DNA of 64,000 nucleotides from contig LADZ01000022.1 of the NCBI GenBank assembly GCA_000961845.1, positions 33,329 to 97,328 of the forward strand, read 5' to 3'. Positions 1 to 10,369 of this stretch are shown here, piece by piece; position 1 is the stretch's first letter; every line of letters begins with the position of its first letter. The DNA is from Flavobacteriales bacterium BRH_c54. Its GTDB lineage: Bacteria; Bacteroidota; Bacteroidia; Flavobacteriales_E; Vicingaceae. The position numbers and the translations under genes were made by a program. The notes under the pieces are model-generated. The model did no database searches and was not told the origin of the DNA. It worked only from the letters and a program-made list of their open reading frames with translations.

Positions 1-2530
1 CTTTAATGATTTTACATGCGTCTTTAATTAACGTTAAGGTTTTTAGTCCTAAAAAGTCCATTTTTAATAAGCCCGCATCTTCTGCTACCGAGTTATCGAA
101 TTGCGTACATGCCATTTCCGAATCTTTGGCTATGGCAATAGGTACAAAGTTGGTAATGTCATCAGGAGTAATAATTACTCCACAAGCATGTATCCCTGTG
201 TTTCTTAATGCTCCTTCAACAATTTTAGCCTGATGTATGGTTTTTGATGCAGCAGGATTACTTTCTGAATAACTCAAAAACTGCTTCATTCGTTCTGCTT
301 CATCGCTGCGAAGTACTTTTTTTATTTCCTCTTCATTTTCTTTTAAAAACCTATCTATACTCCACTTTCCGGGAATAACTTTTGGTAATAATTTGGCTAA
401 TAAATTAGCTTCTGAAAGCGGCAAATCAAATACTCTAGCGGTATCTCTAATAGCAGATTTCGCTGCCATTTTACCATAGGTTATAATTTGTGCTACCTGA
501 CTTTTACCATATTTCTTAATTACATAATCCATTACCAACTGCCTGCCTTCATCATCAAAATCAATATCAATATCGGGCATAGAAATACGGTCAGGATTTA
601 AAAAACGCTCAAAAAGCAAATCGTACTTTATAGGGTCTATATTGGTAATTTTTGTACAATATGCTACCACCGAACCTGCAGCAGAACCTCTGCCCGGACC
701 GACAGAAACTCCCATTCTACGAGCTTCTCTAATAAAATCTTCTACAATTAGAAAATATCCGGGATATCCTGTATTTTTAATAACCCCTAACTCAAAATCT
801 ATTCTTTCTCTAAGCTCTTCTGTAATTTCTCCGTAGCGTTCTTTTGCTCCTTCGTAAGTAATATGGCGGAGATAAGCATTTTCTCCAATTTTTAAAGTTG
901 GATCTTCTTCATCCTTAGGGTCTTTAAATTCCTCAGGAATATCAAATTTAGGAAGCAATACATCACGTTCCAGTTTAAAAGGTTCTATTTTTTCAGCTAC
1001 CTCAACCGTATTTAAAATAGCTTCAGGCATATCTGCAAAAAGCTGCTTCATCTCGTCTTTCGACTTAAAATAATACTCATCATTGGGGAAACCAAACCTG
1101 AACTCTCTGCCTTTTGCCCCTATATATTTTTTTGGCTGAGAAACTTTACTTCCACCACCAATACACAACAACACATCTTGCGAAACTGCATCTATTTTAT
1201 CTAAATAATAGGTATTGTTGGTAGCAATCTGTTTTACATCGTATTTCTTAGCAAATTCTAGCAATACCTTGTTTACTGCCTCTTCTTCTTGTACACCATG
1301 ACGATTAATTTCTACATAAAAATCATCACCAAAATTGGTTTTCCACCAAACAAAAGCTTCTTCGGCTTGTTTTGTCCCTTCAAAAAGTATTTTATTGGGA
1401 ACTTCTCCCCAAATTCCTCCTGTTAAAACAATAAGATTATCCTTATATTCTAATAAAATTTCTCTATCAATCCTAGGAACATAATAAAATCCTTCGGTAT
1501 TGGCATAAGATGCCAACTTTACCAAATTATGATAACCTTTTTCATTTTTCGCAATTAAAACGGTTTGAAATCCATTATCTTTTAAATCTTTATTCTTCCT
1601 GTTTACACAAAGGTTAAACTCACAACCAACAATAGGTTTTATACCTTCTTTATGGGCTTCTCTAACAAAGTGAAAGGTTGCCATCATGTTGCCATGGTCT
1701 GTTAAAGCAACAGCACTCATTCCTAATTCTTTGGCTTTCTTTACCAATCCGGCAACTTTTGTGGTAGATTGAAGAATAGAAAACTCGGAATGATTATGCA
1801 GATGCACAAAATCCAAGGCTTCCAACTCCGAAGATATAGGAGTGGTTGTTTTTAAAACATCTTCAGCCGAAGTATCCGTAGTTTTTTTAGCAAAATTGGC
1901 TTCGGCTAACTTAGGGACTTCGTAAACAATTTCCTGATTGGTTATTTCTTTGGGATGAATTACCCTAAGCTTAAGTAATTCAAAGAAACAACGAGCTGTC
2001 GCATCTACATCATAAGCTGCATCATGGGCATCTCCAAAGTCTTTATTAAAAAGTTTAATATGTAAATCCGTTAGCCTCGGATATTTATACCCTCCACCTC
2101 TCCCTCCGGGAATAGCACAAAAATCCACACTGGATTTCATGGTATCGAGCGACTTTTTAGCTGCTAAATTATTAGCTATGGAAAGCCTGTAAAATTCTGC
2201 TCCAACAATGTTAACATCAAACTCAATGTTATGACCTACGTTGTAGGTGGTTTGTTGCACATCTTTTTGAAATTCTTCCAGTACAAATTGCAAATCCTCA
2301 CCATCTGCCAAAGCTCTTTCTGTGGTAATACCATGTACATTGGCTACGGCAATAGGGATATCAAAACCAACGGGTTTGATAATGTAATTTTTGGCTGTAA
2401 TTAATTTACCTGTATCATCGTGCAATTGCCAAGCTAGCTGCACCATTCTGGGCCAGTTGTCCGAATCGGAAACGGGTGCATTATAGTCGCGGGGTAAGCC
2501 TGTAGTTTCTGTATCGAATATTAAAAACAT
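1..2530 (-). CDS. dnaE: DNA polymerase III alpha subunit DnaE, N-terminal ~843 aa; the C-terminus lies beyond the window start. It begins with a fused DEDDh 3'-5' exonuclease domain followed by the PHP and polymerase core.
   Basis: Manual translation of the minus strand from the ATG at 2530-2528 gives MFLIFDTETTGLP...HNIEFD...HDAAYD (Exo I/II/III motifs). The PHP motif LDFVHLHNHSEFSILQS and typical DnaE core blocks (GYPGYFLIVEDFIREAR..GVSVGPGRGSAAGSVVAYC..ISMPDIDIDFDDEGR) follow. The frame stays open to position 1. It is absent from the ORF track because it runs off the window. Confidence 0.9.
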   Translation of the reverse strand, partial: MFLIFDTETTGLPRDYNAPVSDSDNWPRMVQLAWQLHDDTGKLITAKNYIIKPVGFDIPIAVANVHGITTERALADGEDLQFVLEEFQKDVQQTTYNVGHNIEFDVNIVGAEFYRLSIANNLAAKKSLDTMKSSVDFCAIPGGRGGGYKYPRLTDLHIKLFNKDFGDAHDAAYDVDATARCFFELLKLRVIHPKEITNQEIVYEVPKLAEANFAKKTTDTSAEDVLKTTTPISSELEALDFVHLHNHSEFSILQSTTKVAGLVKKAKELGMSAVALTDHGNMMATFHFVREAHKEGIKPIVGCEFNLCVNRKNKDLKDNGFQTVLIAKNEKGYHNLVKLASYANTEGFYYVPRIDREILLEYKDNLIVLTGGIWGEVPNKILFEGTKQAEEAFVWWKTNFGDDFYVEINRHGVQEEEAVNKVLLEFAKKYDVKQIATNNTYYLDKIDAVSQDVLLCIGGGSKVSQPKKYIGAKGREFRFGFPNDEYYFKSKDEMKQLFADMPEAILNTVEVAEKIEPFKLERDVLLPKFDIPEEFKDPKDEEDPTLKIGENAYLRHITYEGAKERYGEITEELRERIDFELGVIKNTGYPGYFLIVEDFIREARRMGVSVGPGRGSAAGSVVAYCTKITNIDPIKYDLLFERFLNPDRISMPDIDIDFDDEGRQLVMDYVIKKYGKSQVAQIITYGKMAAKSAIRDTARVFDLPLSEANLLAKLLPKVIPGKWSIDRFLKENEEEIKKVLRSDEAERMKQFLSYSESNPAASKTIHQAKIVEGALRNTGIHACGVIITPDDITNFVPIAIAKDSEMACTQFDNSVAEDAGLLKMDFLGLKTLTLIKDACKIIK

Positions 2531-2676
2531 AACAACTGATGTTAAAAAAGTGAGAGGATAAAGTTACTAAAAGAGAATGCTTTTTTTAAACGCTAAAAAA
2601 AATTAAAACGAACAATTTTTTAACAAGGGAACTGCTTTCTTGTTAGAAGAATAAAGTATCTTATTTTCAAAATTTA

Positions 2677-2703
2677 CGAACGCATTACAAATGCATTCGA
2701 GAA
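2677..2703. repeat. Imperfect 10-3-10 palindrome cgaacgcatt-aca-aatgcattcg about 150 bp upstream of the dnaE start. It shares a 16-nt core with a second copy at 30475-30502.
   Basis: Read directly: cgaacgcattacaaatgcattcgag. Its reverse complement, ctcgaatgcatttgtaatgcgttcg, matches ctcgagcgaatttgtaatgcgttcg at about 30477. Confidence 0.5.
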
Positions 2704-2797
2704 TAGAGTAGAGAATTTAGGCTTAGTTTTAAATTGATGACCACCAGCGTTCCGCTGGCCGTAGCAAAGCGGCTTTCCGCTTCTATCGCTTATGCAA

Positions 2798-3313
2798 TTA
2801 GTATCCAATAAGAACAATTCCTTTTAAAGGAAGTTGAAGTCTTCCACTTATATAAAGTGTTTCTAAAAATTGAAAAATTGATTTGAAGTCATCTGTATTA
2901 TGATAGTGATTTCTTACGGCTATGACTAAGTATTCTACATTTGGCATCATACAAGCTTGAAAAATATCTTTCAAAAATTGATTATTTCGATAACCTCTTC
3001 CTGCTTCAACTTCAATCACAATTTTTCCATCTATACTAACTGCATCGGCATCAAAGAACTTATCTATGCGATTATTTATGCTGAACAAAACGGGGACTTT
3101 TATTTTATCAATACTTGCTTTGCTTTTTTCAACTTTAAAATTCAATTCTTCCAAATCATCGGCAATAATTCGCAAAACTCCATCGCTACTCAAATTATTT
3201 TCAGGCGATTTTATTTCTTCATAATGCTTTTCAAAACAAGAAATTACTGATCTTATTTCGTCTGTTATTCCGAATGAACGAGGGAAAAGTTGATATACTA
3301 ATTGATATTCCAT
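2798..3313 (-). CDS. Hypothetical 171-aa protein, possibly a PD-(D/E)xK-type nuclease-like remnant of a restriction-modification locus. Its function is unassigned.
   Basis: Intact ORF 37 bp downstream of a truncated C5-methyltransferase fragment. It contains FDADAVSIDGKIVIEVEAG, a weak D...E-x-E pattern, and no methyltransferase motifs. The nuclease assignment is tentative. Confidence 0.3.
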   Translation of the reverse strand: MEYQLVYQLFPRSFGITDEIRSVISCFEKHYEEIKSPENNLSSDGVLRIIADDLEELNFKVEKSKASIDKIKVPVLFSINNRIDKFFDADAVSIDGKIVIEVEAGRGYRNNQFLKDIFQACMMPNVEYLVIAVRNHYHNTDDFKSIFQFLETLYISGRLQLPLKGIVLIGY

Positions 3314-3349
3314 AATATTATGCAGCTAATTTATAATTTGTTGTGAAGT

Positions 3350-3607
3350 TTATTGCGTTAGGGATTGTAATGGAAATCCTTTTTGTTCGTTCCTCACAAA
3401 AAGATTGAAACGAAAAGCCCGACCCGATAGGGAAACACCCAAATTCTTCAAAAATTCTTGCCAGACTTCTAAATGATTTTTTTCGTAGAGTTCTCTAAGT
3501 TCTTCATTTAATTCACTCGCAAAAACACACTTGTGTCCCAAGTCTGCTAAGGCAAGATGAAAACCACCAAGCCCTGCGAATAAATCTATAAATTTCAATT
3601 TTTTCAT
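3350..3607 (-). pseudogene. N-terminal fragment (85 aa) of a DNA (cytosine-5)-methyltransferase. Motif I is intact, the motif IV region is degraded, and a premature stop follows.
   Basis: [15 protein letters not shown] is motif I (FxGxGG) of C5-MTases, and the spacing to GFPLQSLTQ* resembles GFPCQxFS with the catalytic Cys replaced by Leu. Real enzymes are longer than 300 aa, and no motifs VI-X follow. Confidence 0.7.
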
Positions 3608-4136
3608 TAATATAAATATTATACTGATTTAATTATTATGAACAAATAATCTCTAAAATAATAAAAATTGTCTATGCATTGGCTAAAAAAGGACTCTTTT
3701 GGTTTTACGAAGCATTGGGTCGGCAATGAAAATTGACTTACCAATTGTCCGTTTGCTGTATTGTTTATATAACTATGCTCACCTGTCAAAATGGGTTGCT
3801 TTTTTCTCCTTTTTAGCGTATATCTGTCGTTTTGGTATCTTTTTTCTACAATTTACTCAAATACTTAACTTATACACAGCTATATTTTTATAGTGGTAGT
3901 CACTATAAATTTCCTCCAAATCTACAAAAAATAGCTTATAAACCAAACACCTATTTTTGATGCTTTTTTTACTGTATTGTTCTTAATCAAGAAAAGTTCA
4001 ATTAAACAGATTCCCAATAATTTTTCCGTTGCACTCCAAAATTTCGGGAATGACGGTAAAGATTATGGATAGTAGAATACAATTAACCAATAATTTTTAG
4101 CCAATAACAAAAGCAGGTTTTGTGTGTTGGGAAAGG

Positions 4137-4469
4137 TTAGGGAGCTTTCGTCACCAACTTAAGTCCGATAATGGACATAATAAGTGTAGTGATGAAAAAG
4201 AGTCTCCAAAAATCAGTCGGTTCTTTAAAAAATACCATTCCTACTAAAACAGTCCCTACAGCTCCTATACCTGTCCAAAGTGCGTAAGCTGTTCCTATTG
4301 GTAAATGCTGAGTAGCTTTTACCAATAGGAACATACTTATAAAAAGACATAGTAGAAAAGCAACAAACCATAAGGTAGCGATTGTACCATCGCTTGTTTT
4401 TACTTTTCCTAAGCAAAAAGCAAATGCGACTTCAAACAAACCTGCTATTACAAGCATTAACCAACTCAT
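4137..4469 (-). CDS. sugE: SMR-family small multidrug resistance / guanidinium exporter (SugE/Gdx-like).
   Basis: 110 aa with four TM helices. [14 protein letters not shown]...[15 protein letters not shown] is typical of SugE/Gdx. The start overlaps the mscL stop (ATGA). Confidence 0.85.
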   Translation of the reverse strand: MSWLMLVIAGLFEVAFAFCLGKVKTSDGTIATLWFVAFLLCLFISMFLLVKATQHLPIGTAYALWTGIGAVGTVLVGMVFFKEPTDFWRLFFITTLIMSIIGLKLVTKAP

Positions 4470-4864
4470 TTTTTCAATAAGTCTCTAATTTCTGTTAATA
4501 ACACTTCTTCTTTGGTTGGTGCTGCTGGTGCTGCTGGCTTAGCTTCTTCTTTTTTCTTAGCAGCATTCATTGCTTTTATCACCATAAAAATAGCAAGAGC
4601 AATAATTAAAAAATCAAACGTTACTTGAAGAAAATTACCATAGTTTATAGCAATGGCAGGAGTTTCTCCAACAGCTTCTTTCAATACAATTTTTAATGAA
4701 GAAAACTTAACCCCTCCTATTAAAATTCCAATAGGTGGCATTATCACATCATTTACAAAAGAGGTTACAATTTTTCCGAAAGCTGCCCCGATAATAATGC
4801 CGACAGCCATATCAATTACATTGCCTTTAACAGCAAATGATTTGAATTCATCAATAATTTTCAT
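4466..4864 (-). CDS. mscL: Large-conductance mechanosensitive channel MscL.
   Basis: [33 protein letters not shown] is the MscL N-terminal signature. Length is 132 aa. Confidence 0.9.
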   Translation of the reverse strand: MKIIDEFKSFAVKGNVIDMAVGIIIGAAFGKIVTSFVNDVIMPPIGILIGGVKFSSLKIVLKEAVGETPAIAINYGNFLQVTFDFLIIALAIFMVIKAMNAAKKKEEAKPAAPAAPTKEEVLLTEIRDLLKK

Positions 4865-4925
4865 GTAGTTTTTATTAGTTAATAATGAAGTAAAAATATG
4901 ATTTTAAAATTATTTGAAAATATAA

Positions 4926-5747
4926 TTAGTTGGAAACTATTATCAAATAAGCATAAATAAAAGGAACAGCTATAAACAAGCCATCAAATCGGTCTAAAAT
5001 ACCACCATGACCCGGAAGTAAGTTTCCTGAATCTTTAACATTTAAGTTTCTTTTGTGCATAGATTCTACTAAATCGCCCAATCCACCGCCAACTACAGTA
5101 ATTATTGCCAATATCATCCAGTCTTTTAATTCGATATTATGAAAGAACAAGCTGATAACATAAGCTGCAATTAAGGACAATACTCCTCCTCCTATGCTTC
5201 CTTCCCACGTTTTTTTAGGTGAAATTCTTTCAAAAAGTTTATGTTTTCCGAAAAATCTTCCTGCTAAATAAGCACCAGTATCGCTCGACCATAGTAATAT
5301 GAAAAAGCCAATAATGATTTGAAAACTAAACGTTGGTGTAAACTGATCTTCCTGATAAAACCCTAAATGATACAACATAGCAAATGGAAAAGCAACATAA
5401 AAAACACCTAATAAAGTATAGGCAATATTTATAAATGCATGATCTTTTTTACGATAAAGCTCTATAATAAAGGTTAAAAAAAACAATGGAATAAGATACA
5501 AGGTGTATTTTATTTCCATTATTTGTTGAGCGGCAAAAGCCAACAATACAAAAGAGGTAAGTCCGGTAATAACTCCTTGAAAGTTTTGAGGGTTTACGGT
5601 TTTGTTTTTCTTTACTAAGGCATAAAATTCATCAATACCCAACAACACAATAATCATAAACAAAAACAACGTAGAATAAGCTCCAAAATAAATGGCAGTA
5701 ATTAATACCAATACAAATAAAAATCCGGTTATGGCACGTTGTAACAT
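4926..5747 (-). CDS. cdsA: Phosphatidate cytidylyltransferase (CDP-diglyceride synthase).
   Basis: Polytopic membrane protein whose C-terminal block is KKTWEGSIGG...GGILDRFDG. Confidence 0.85.
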   Translation of the reverse strand: MLQRAITGFLFVLVLITAIYFGAYSTLFLFMIIVLLGIDEFYALVKKNKTVNPQNFQGVITGLTSFVLLAFAAQQIMEIKYTLYLIPLFFLTFIIELYRKKDHAFINIAYTLLGVFYVAFPFAMLYHLGFYQEDQFTPTFSFQIIIGFFILLWSSDTGAYLAGRFFGKHKLFERISPKKTWEGSIGGGVLSLIAAYVISLFFHNIELKDWMILAIITVVGGGLGDLVESMHKRNLNVKDSGNLLPGHGGILDRFDGLFIAVPFIYAYLIIVSN

Positions 5748-5751
5748 TTGG

Positions 5752-5967
5752 CTATAATTCGTTTTTATTAATAATGTTCACTGCTTTTATAGCATCATTA
5801 GACTTAACATATAACTCAACTGACGCATTATTAAGGTGCAAGTTCATGGAATCTCTTTTATTAACAACAACTGCATTAATTCCCTCACTGCCTAAAACAG
5901 ATTTTACAATTTGGGCACTATTGTTATTTGTTGTTGTGTATATCAAAACCCAATCTTTTTGCATCAA
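5752..5967 (-). CDS. DUF2007-like small protein (putative signal-transducing protein) between ftsH and cdsA.
   Basis: 71 aa. The W..IY...N...A.IVK..L...GI.AVV.NK.DS pattern matches the DUF2007 family. Gaps to the neighbouring genes are 3-4 nt. Confidence 0.55.
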   Translation of the reverse strand: MMQKDWVLIYTTTNNNSAQIVKSVLGSEGINAVVVNKRDSMNLHLNNASVELYVKSNDAIKAVNIINKNEL

Positions 5968-5970
5968 CTT

Positions 5971-8022
5971 TTAGCTTTCAGCTGTATCTATGTTATCGTC
6001 TTTCTTTTCAGTTTTCGTTTCTTCTGACTGAACAGTTTCAGAAACAACCTCTTCCTGTACTTTTTTCTTAGAACTTTTCTTTTCTTCTTTTAGCTCTTCT
6101 TCAAAAGCACTCTTTCCAAATATTACTTCTAAATCATCTCTAAAAATTACTTCTTTTTCTAATAAAATTTCAGCCAATTGAGTCAACTTATCTTTATTCT
6201 CTGTAAGAATTTTAATTGTTCTTGCGTAAGATTCTTCAATAAGTTTGCTTACTTCATCATCTATCAACTGAGCTGTTTTCTCAGAATAAGGTTTAGAAAA
6301 AGAATAATCTGACTGACCTGTAGAGTCGTAATAACTTATATTTCCTAATTTTTCACTTAAGCCATAAATACTAATCATAGCATAAGCTTGTTTGGTAATT
6401 TTTTCTAAATCGCTTAATGCACCTGTAGAAACTTTTCCAAAAATTACTTGCTCGGCAGCTCTACCACCTAAAGCAGCACACATTTCATCTTTTAATTGTT
6501 CTGTAGTGGTTATTTGTCTTTCTTCGGGTAAATACCAAGCTGCTCCCAAAGATCTACCTCTAGGAATGATAGTTACTTTTACCAAAGGTGATGCGTATTT
6601 TACCAACCAACTTACTGCTGCATGACCAGCTTCATGGTAGGCAATTGTTTTTCTTTCGTGGTCAGAAATAATTTTATTTTTCTTCTCCAATCCACCAACT
6701 ACTCTGTCTACTGCATCTAAGAAATCTTGCTTACCAATAACCTTCTTTTGTTTTCTTGCAGCAATTAAAGCCGCTTCATTACAAATATTAGCAATATCAG
6801 CCCCTGAAAATCCGGGAGTTTGTTTTGCTAAAAAGAACCTATCAACGGTTTCGTCAATTTTTAACGGTTTTAAATGAACTTTAAATATTTCCTCTCTTTC
6901 GTGTAACTCCGGCAAATCAACATGAATTTGTCTGTCAAAACGTCCGGGTCTGATTAAAGCTCTATCTAACACATCGGCTCTGTTGGTTGCTGCCAATACA
7001 ATAACCCCTGTGTTTGTTCCAAAACCATCCATCTCTGTAAGCAATTGATTTAAAGTATTTTCCCTTTCATCATTTGCCCCTTGAGCCATTCCTTTCCCTC
7101 TTGAACGACCGATAGCATCTATCTCATCAATAAAAATAATGGAAGGTGCTTTTTCTTTTGCTTGCTTAAACAAATCTCTTACTCTTGAAGCTCCAACACC
7201 AACAAACATCTCAACAAAATCAGAACCGGAAAGTGAGAAAAATGGCACTTTAGCTTCTCCTGCTACTGCTCTTGCCAACAAAGTCTTTCCTGTTCCGGGA
7301 GGACCAACTAATAAGGCTCCTTTAGGAATTTTTGCTCCTAATTCTGTGTATTTTTCAGGTTTTTTTAGGAAGTCAACAATTTCTTGAACTTCTTCTTTTG
7401 CTCCTTCTAGTCCGGCAACATCTTCAAAGGTTACTTTAACACTTTTTTCTTTATCGAATAACTGAGCTTTAGATTTCCCAATGTTGAATATTTGTCCACC
7501 GGGACCACCACCACCAGACATTCTTCTCATCAAAAACATCCATATTCCAACAATAATTAAAATCGGTAAAATAAAGCCTATTATGCCTCCTAACCAATCC
7601 TCTTCGGTAACGGTTTTGTATTTCAGGCCTTTTTCATCCGACCATTTTTTCAGGTCTTTATCAAAATTATCTAACGAGTTAAACTCGAAAGTATAATGTG
7701 GTCCTTTATTGCCGCTGTTAAAATTATTACTTTTTATTTTTTTAGCATGCTCTTCTTTAGATAAAGCTTCTTGAGTAAGGGTAACTCTAGCTACTCCTTT
7801 GTTTTTTACTACAACCACCTGTTCAACATCTCCTTGCATCACCATATCTTGAAATTCAGATTCGGTAATTACAGAAGATCCTCCGCTCCAGTTTAATAAC
7901 TGAAGTGATAAAAGTACTATACCAACAATGGCATAAATCCAATAGAAACTAAACGGTTTTTTATTTGGGTTTTTATTATTTTTTGGAGGCTGGTTTCCTT
8001 TTTTATTATTGTTATTTTCCAT
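5971..8022 (-). CDS. ftsH: ATP-dependent zinc metalloprotease FtsH.
   Basis: N-terminal TM region, Walker [18 protein letters not shown] zinc motif. Length is 683 aa. Confidence 0.95.
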   Translation of the reverse strand: MENNNNKKGNQPPKNNKNPNKKPFSFYWIYAIVGIVLLSLQLLNWSGGSSVITESEFQDMVMQGDVEQVVVVKNKGVARVTLTQEALSKEEHAKKIKSNNFNSGNKGPHYTFEFNSLDNFDKDLKKWSDEKGLKYKTVTEEDWLGGIIGFILPILIIVGIWMFLMRRMSGGGGPGGQIFNIGKSKAQLFDKEKSVKVTFEDVAGLEGAKEEVQEIVDFLKKPEKYTELGAKIPKGALLVGPPGTGKTLLARAVAGEAKVPFFSLSGSDFVEMFVGVGASRVRDLFKQAKEKAPSIIFIDEIDAIGRSRGKGMAQGANDERENTLNQLLTEMDGFGTNTGVIVLAATNRADVLDRALIRPGRFDRQIHVDLPELHEREEIFKVHLKPLKIDETVDRFFLAKQTPGFSGADIANICNEAALIAARKQKKVIGKQDFLDAVDRVVGGLEKKNKIISDHERKTIAYHEAGHAAVSWLVKYASPLVKVTIIPRGRSLGAAWYLPEERQITTTEQLKDEMCAALGGRAAEQVIFGKVSTGALSDLEKITKQAYAMISIYGLSEKLGNISYYDSTGQSDYSFSKPYSEKTAQLIDDEVSKLIEESYARTIKILTENKDKLTQLAEILLEKEVIFRDDLEVIFGKSAFEEELKEEKKSSKKKVQEEVVSETVQSEETKTEKKDDNIDTAES

Positions 8023-8035
8023 TCAATACGTTTAT

Positions 8036-8410
8036 TTAAGCTTGTTTTACTTGTGTTATTTCTGCATCTGCCCACAACCCTTCTAGGTTATAAAAATCTC
8101 TTTGTTCTTTTTGGAAAATGTGTACTACCACATTGATGTAATCCAATAAAACCCATTCTGCATTTCGATAACCTTCGGTATGCCATGCTCTGTCTTTCAA
8201 TGTTTTTCTTACTTCTCTTTCTACTGAACTTCCTAATGCAGCCACGTGCGTATTAGATGTTCCTGTACAAATTACAAAATATGCAGTTACTGCATTATCT
8301 AATTTTCGCATGTCTATGCTCACTATGTCTTCTCCCTTCACATCTTGCAATCCTTTAATTATAACATCCACAAGGAGTTGCGTATCATCTAACTTTTTTA
8401 CTTTTGCCAT
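8036..8410 (-). CDS. rsfS: Ribosomal silencing factor RsfS (Iojap family).
   Basis: 124 aa with conserved Iojap blocks (FVICTGTSNTHVAAL; DYINVVVHIF). Confidence 0.85.
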   Translation of the reverse strand: MAKVKKLDDTQLLVDVIIKGLQDVKGEDIVSIDMRKLDNAVTAYFVICTGTSNTHVAALGSSVEREVRKTLKDRAWHTEGYRNAEWVLLDYINVVVHIFQKEQRDFYNLEGLWADAEITQVKQA

Positions 8411-8519
8411 TAATTTTTATAATAAATTTTTAAGTGGCAAAGTTACAGATTTCCTATTGAAGTAATTCAATTTATAAAAAATTGTTAGTTAAGCATTAGC
8501 ACAAACTATTTAGTTAATT

Positions 8520-9284
8520 TTGAACATTATGTATAATTGCTTGTTTTTAGGAAGTAAAATTGTTCGATTAGCAGAAGTGGATTCTACCAATGTTTATGCT
8601 GCTGCTTTAATTAAAACCAGCCCTAAAATCATTACTGACGGAATGGTTATATATACTGATAATCAAACTAATGGAAAAGGACAAAGAGGGAGTACCTGGG
8701 AAACTACTCCTAATAAAAACCTTACTTTTTCCCTTGTACTAAAACCCAACTTACTGGTTAACGAACAGTTTCTATTAAGCAAAATTTGCGCGTTGGGTAT
8801 TTTAGATTTTTTAACAGATTTAGGCATAAAAAACACCCACATAAAATGGCCGAATGACATTTATGTTGACAATAAAAAAATTGCAGGAATGTTGTTGGAA
8901 AACACATTAAAAAATTCAAAAATTGAGTTTTGTGTTGCCGGAATTGGTATAAACATTAACCAAACTGTTTTTAATGAACATTTACAACAAGCCACCTCTT
9001 TGCAGCTTATCACCAATAAAAGCTATAACTTAACTAGCATATTAAATCAATTGTTATTTTTTATTGAAAAACGCTATTTACAACTTAAAGCGAGTAAAAT
9101 CCAACAAATCAATAACAATTACCTCAATCACCTATTAGGCTATAATACCGAAAGAACTTACCTAATTAACAACCAAAAAGTTTTAGGCGTAATTAGCGGT
9201 GTTGCTCCCTCCGGAAAGTTACAACTCATTCATGAAAACAACCTACACGAATACGACATGAAAGAGATTGGATTTGTGTTTTAA
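8520..9284 (+). CDS. birA: Biotin--[acetyl-CoA-carboxylase] ligase, monofunctional (no N-terminal HTH).
   Basis: GKGQRGSTW biotin-binding motif and KWPNDIY block. Confidence 0.8.
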   Translation: MNIMYNCLFLGSKIVRLAEVDSTNVYAAALIKTSPKIITDGMVIYTDNQTNGKGQRGSTWETTPNKNLTFSLVLKPNLLVNEQFLLSKICALGILDFLTDLGIKNTHIKWPNDIYVDNKKIAGMLLENTLKNSKIEFCVAGIGININQTVFNEHLQQATSLQLITNKSYNLTSILNQLLFFIEKRYLQLKASKIQQINNNYLNHLLGYNTERTYLINNQKVLGVISGVAPSGKLQLIHENNLHEYDMKEIGFVF

Positions 9285-10318
9285 CTCAACTCCAACATTC
9301 TGTTTACTGATTTTAGAGCTTTCAGTCGGGTTTCTTCGGGCACAAAAATTTCGGGTTGTAGATGAACTAAACTGGCGTAAATTTTTTCTAATGTGTTTAG
9401 CTTCATGTAAGGACATTCGCTGCAAGCACAAGTATTATTAGTTACTGCCGGAGCAGGAATTAATTTTTTATGCGGAACGGCTTGTTTCATTTTATGGATA
9501 ATTCCAACTTCTGTTGCTACAATAAATTCTGTTGCATCATCTTCTTCAACAAATTTTAACAAGGCAGTTGTAGAGCCAACAAAATTGGCATCGTTCAATA
9601 CCACTTCCTGACATTCAGGATGAGCAATTAATTTGGCATTAGGATATTTTCCTTGCAACAGTTTCAATTTATCAGCGGAAATTTCAATATGCACCTCACA
9701 AGCTCCATCCCACAGTATCATCTCTCTACCTGTCTTTTTTTGCACGTATTTTCCTAAATTAATGTCGGGAGCAAAAATAATCTTAGCATCTTTTGGCAAA
9801 CTATCTACAATTTTTACAGCATTGGAAGAGGTGCAAATAATATCGCTCAGTGCTTTTATTTCTGCCGAGCAATTGATATAACTAATTACTGTATGATTGG
9901 GATATTGTTTTAAAAAGGCTTCAAATTTATCGGTTGGTGCAGAATCTGCCAAGGAGCAACCGGCATTTAAATCCGGAATAATTACTTTTTTGGTTGGATT
10001 TAAAATTTTAGCGGTTTCGCCCATAAAATGTACCCCCGCAAAAAGAATTACATCGGCATCGGTTTTGGCTGCTTCTTGTGCCAAACCTAAGCTATCTCCA
10101 ATGTAATCAGCAATATCCTGAATTTCTTCTTGTTGGTAATAATGAGCGAGAATTACTGCATTTTTCTCTTTTTTCAGCCGAGCAATTTCTTCTACCAAAT
10201 TTTTCTCTTTCTCTAACTCAGCTGTAACAAAGCCTTGTTTTTCAACTTCTTCTAAAGTGTTCATCTGTTTATATTTATCGTTATTAAATCGGTCAGACGT
10301 AACTCCCCTAATAATCAT
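9281..10318 (-). CDS. nadA: Quinolinate synthase NadA.
   Basis: Alignable throughout to NadA ([28 protein letters not shown], conserved Cys). Confidence 0.9.
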   Translation of the reverse strand: MIIRGVTSDRFNNDKYKQMNTLEEVEKQGFVTAELEKEKNLVEEIARLKKEKNAVILAHYYQQEEIQDIADYIGDSLGLAQEAAKTDADVILFAGVHFMGETAKILNPTKKVIIPDLNAGCSLADSAPTDKFEAFLKQYPNHTVISYINCSAEIKALSDIICTSSNAVKIVDSLPKDAKIIFAPDINLGKYVQKKTGREMILWDGACEVHIEISADKLKLLQGKYPNAKLIAHPECQEVVLNDANFVGSTTALLKFVEEDDATEFIVATEVGIIHKMKQAVPHKKLIPAPAVTNNTCACSECPYMKLNTLEKIYASLVHLQPEIFVPEETRLKALKSVNRMLELS

Positions 10319-10369
10319 TTTCTTGTATGAGAAAATTTTTACTCATGGTCGTTTCATTTCTTGTTTTTT

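Noticed and set aside
6-233. 75-aa plus-strand ORF at the window start.
   Set aside because: It lies antisense inside the dnaE coding frame, which has strong homology throughout. The sequence is low-complexity junk.
3699-3893. 64-aa ORF in the 529-bp gap.
   Set aside because: Hydrophobic nonsense composition (FFSFLAYICRFGIFFLQF) with no start context. It more likely sits in decayed or non-coding DNA.
4865-4925. Looked for a guanidine riboswitch (ykkC / mini-ykkC) upstream of the mscL-sugE pair.
   Set aside because: The leader is short, AT-rich, and lacks the GC-rich ACGR-loop hairpins.
6392-7696. Several 70-80-aa plus-strand ORFs (6392-6625, 7139-7387, 7481-7696).
   Set aside because: All are antisense to ftsH. 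The same pattern of short antisense ORFs recurs inside other strongly supported genes (e.g. 18155-19033 inside the SLC13 gene, 33062-33408 inside the kinase gene). They are treated as spurious.
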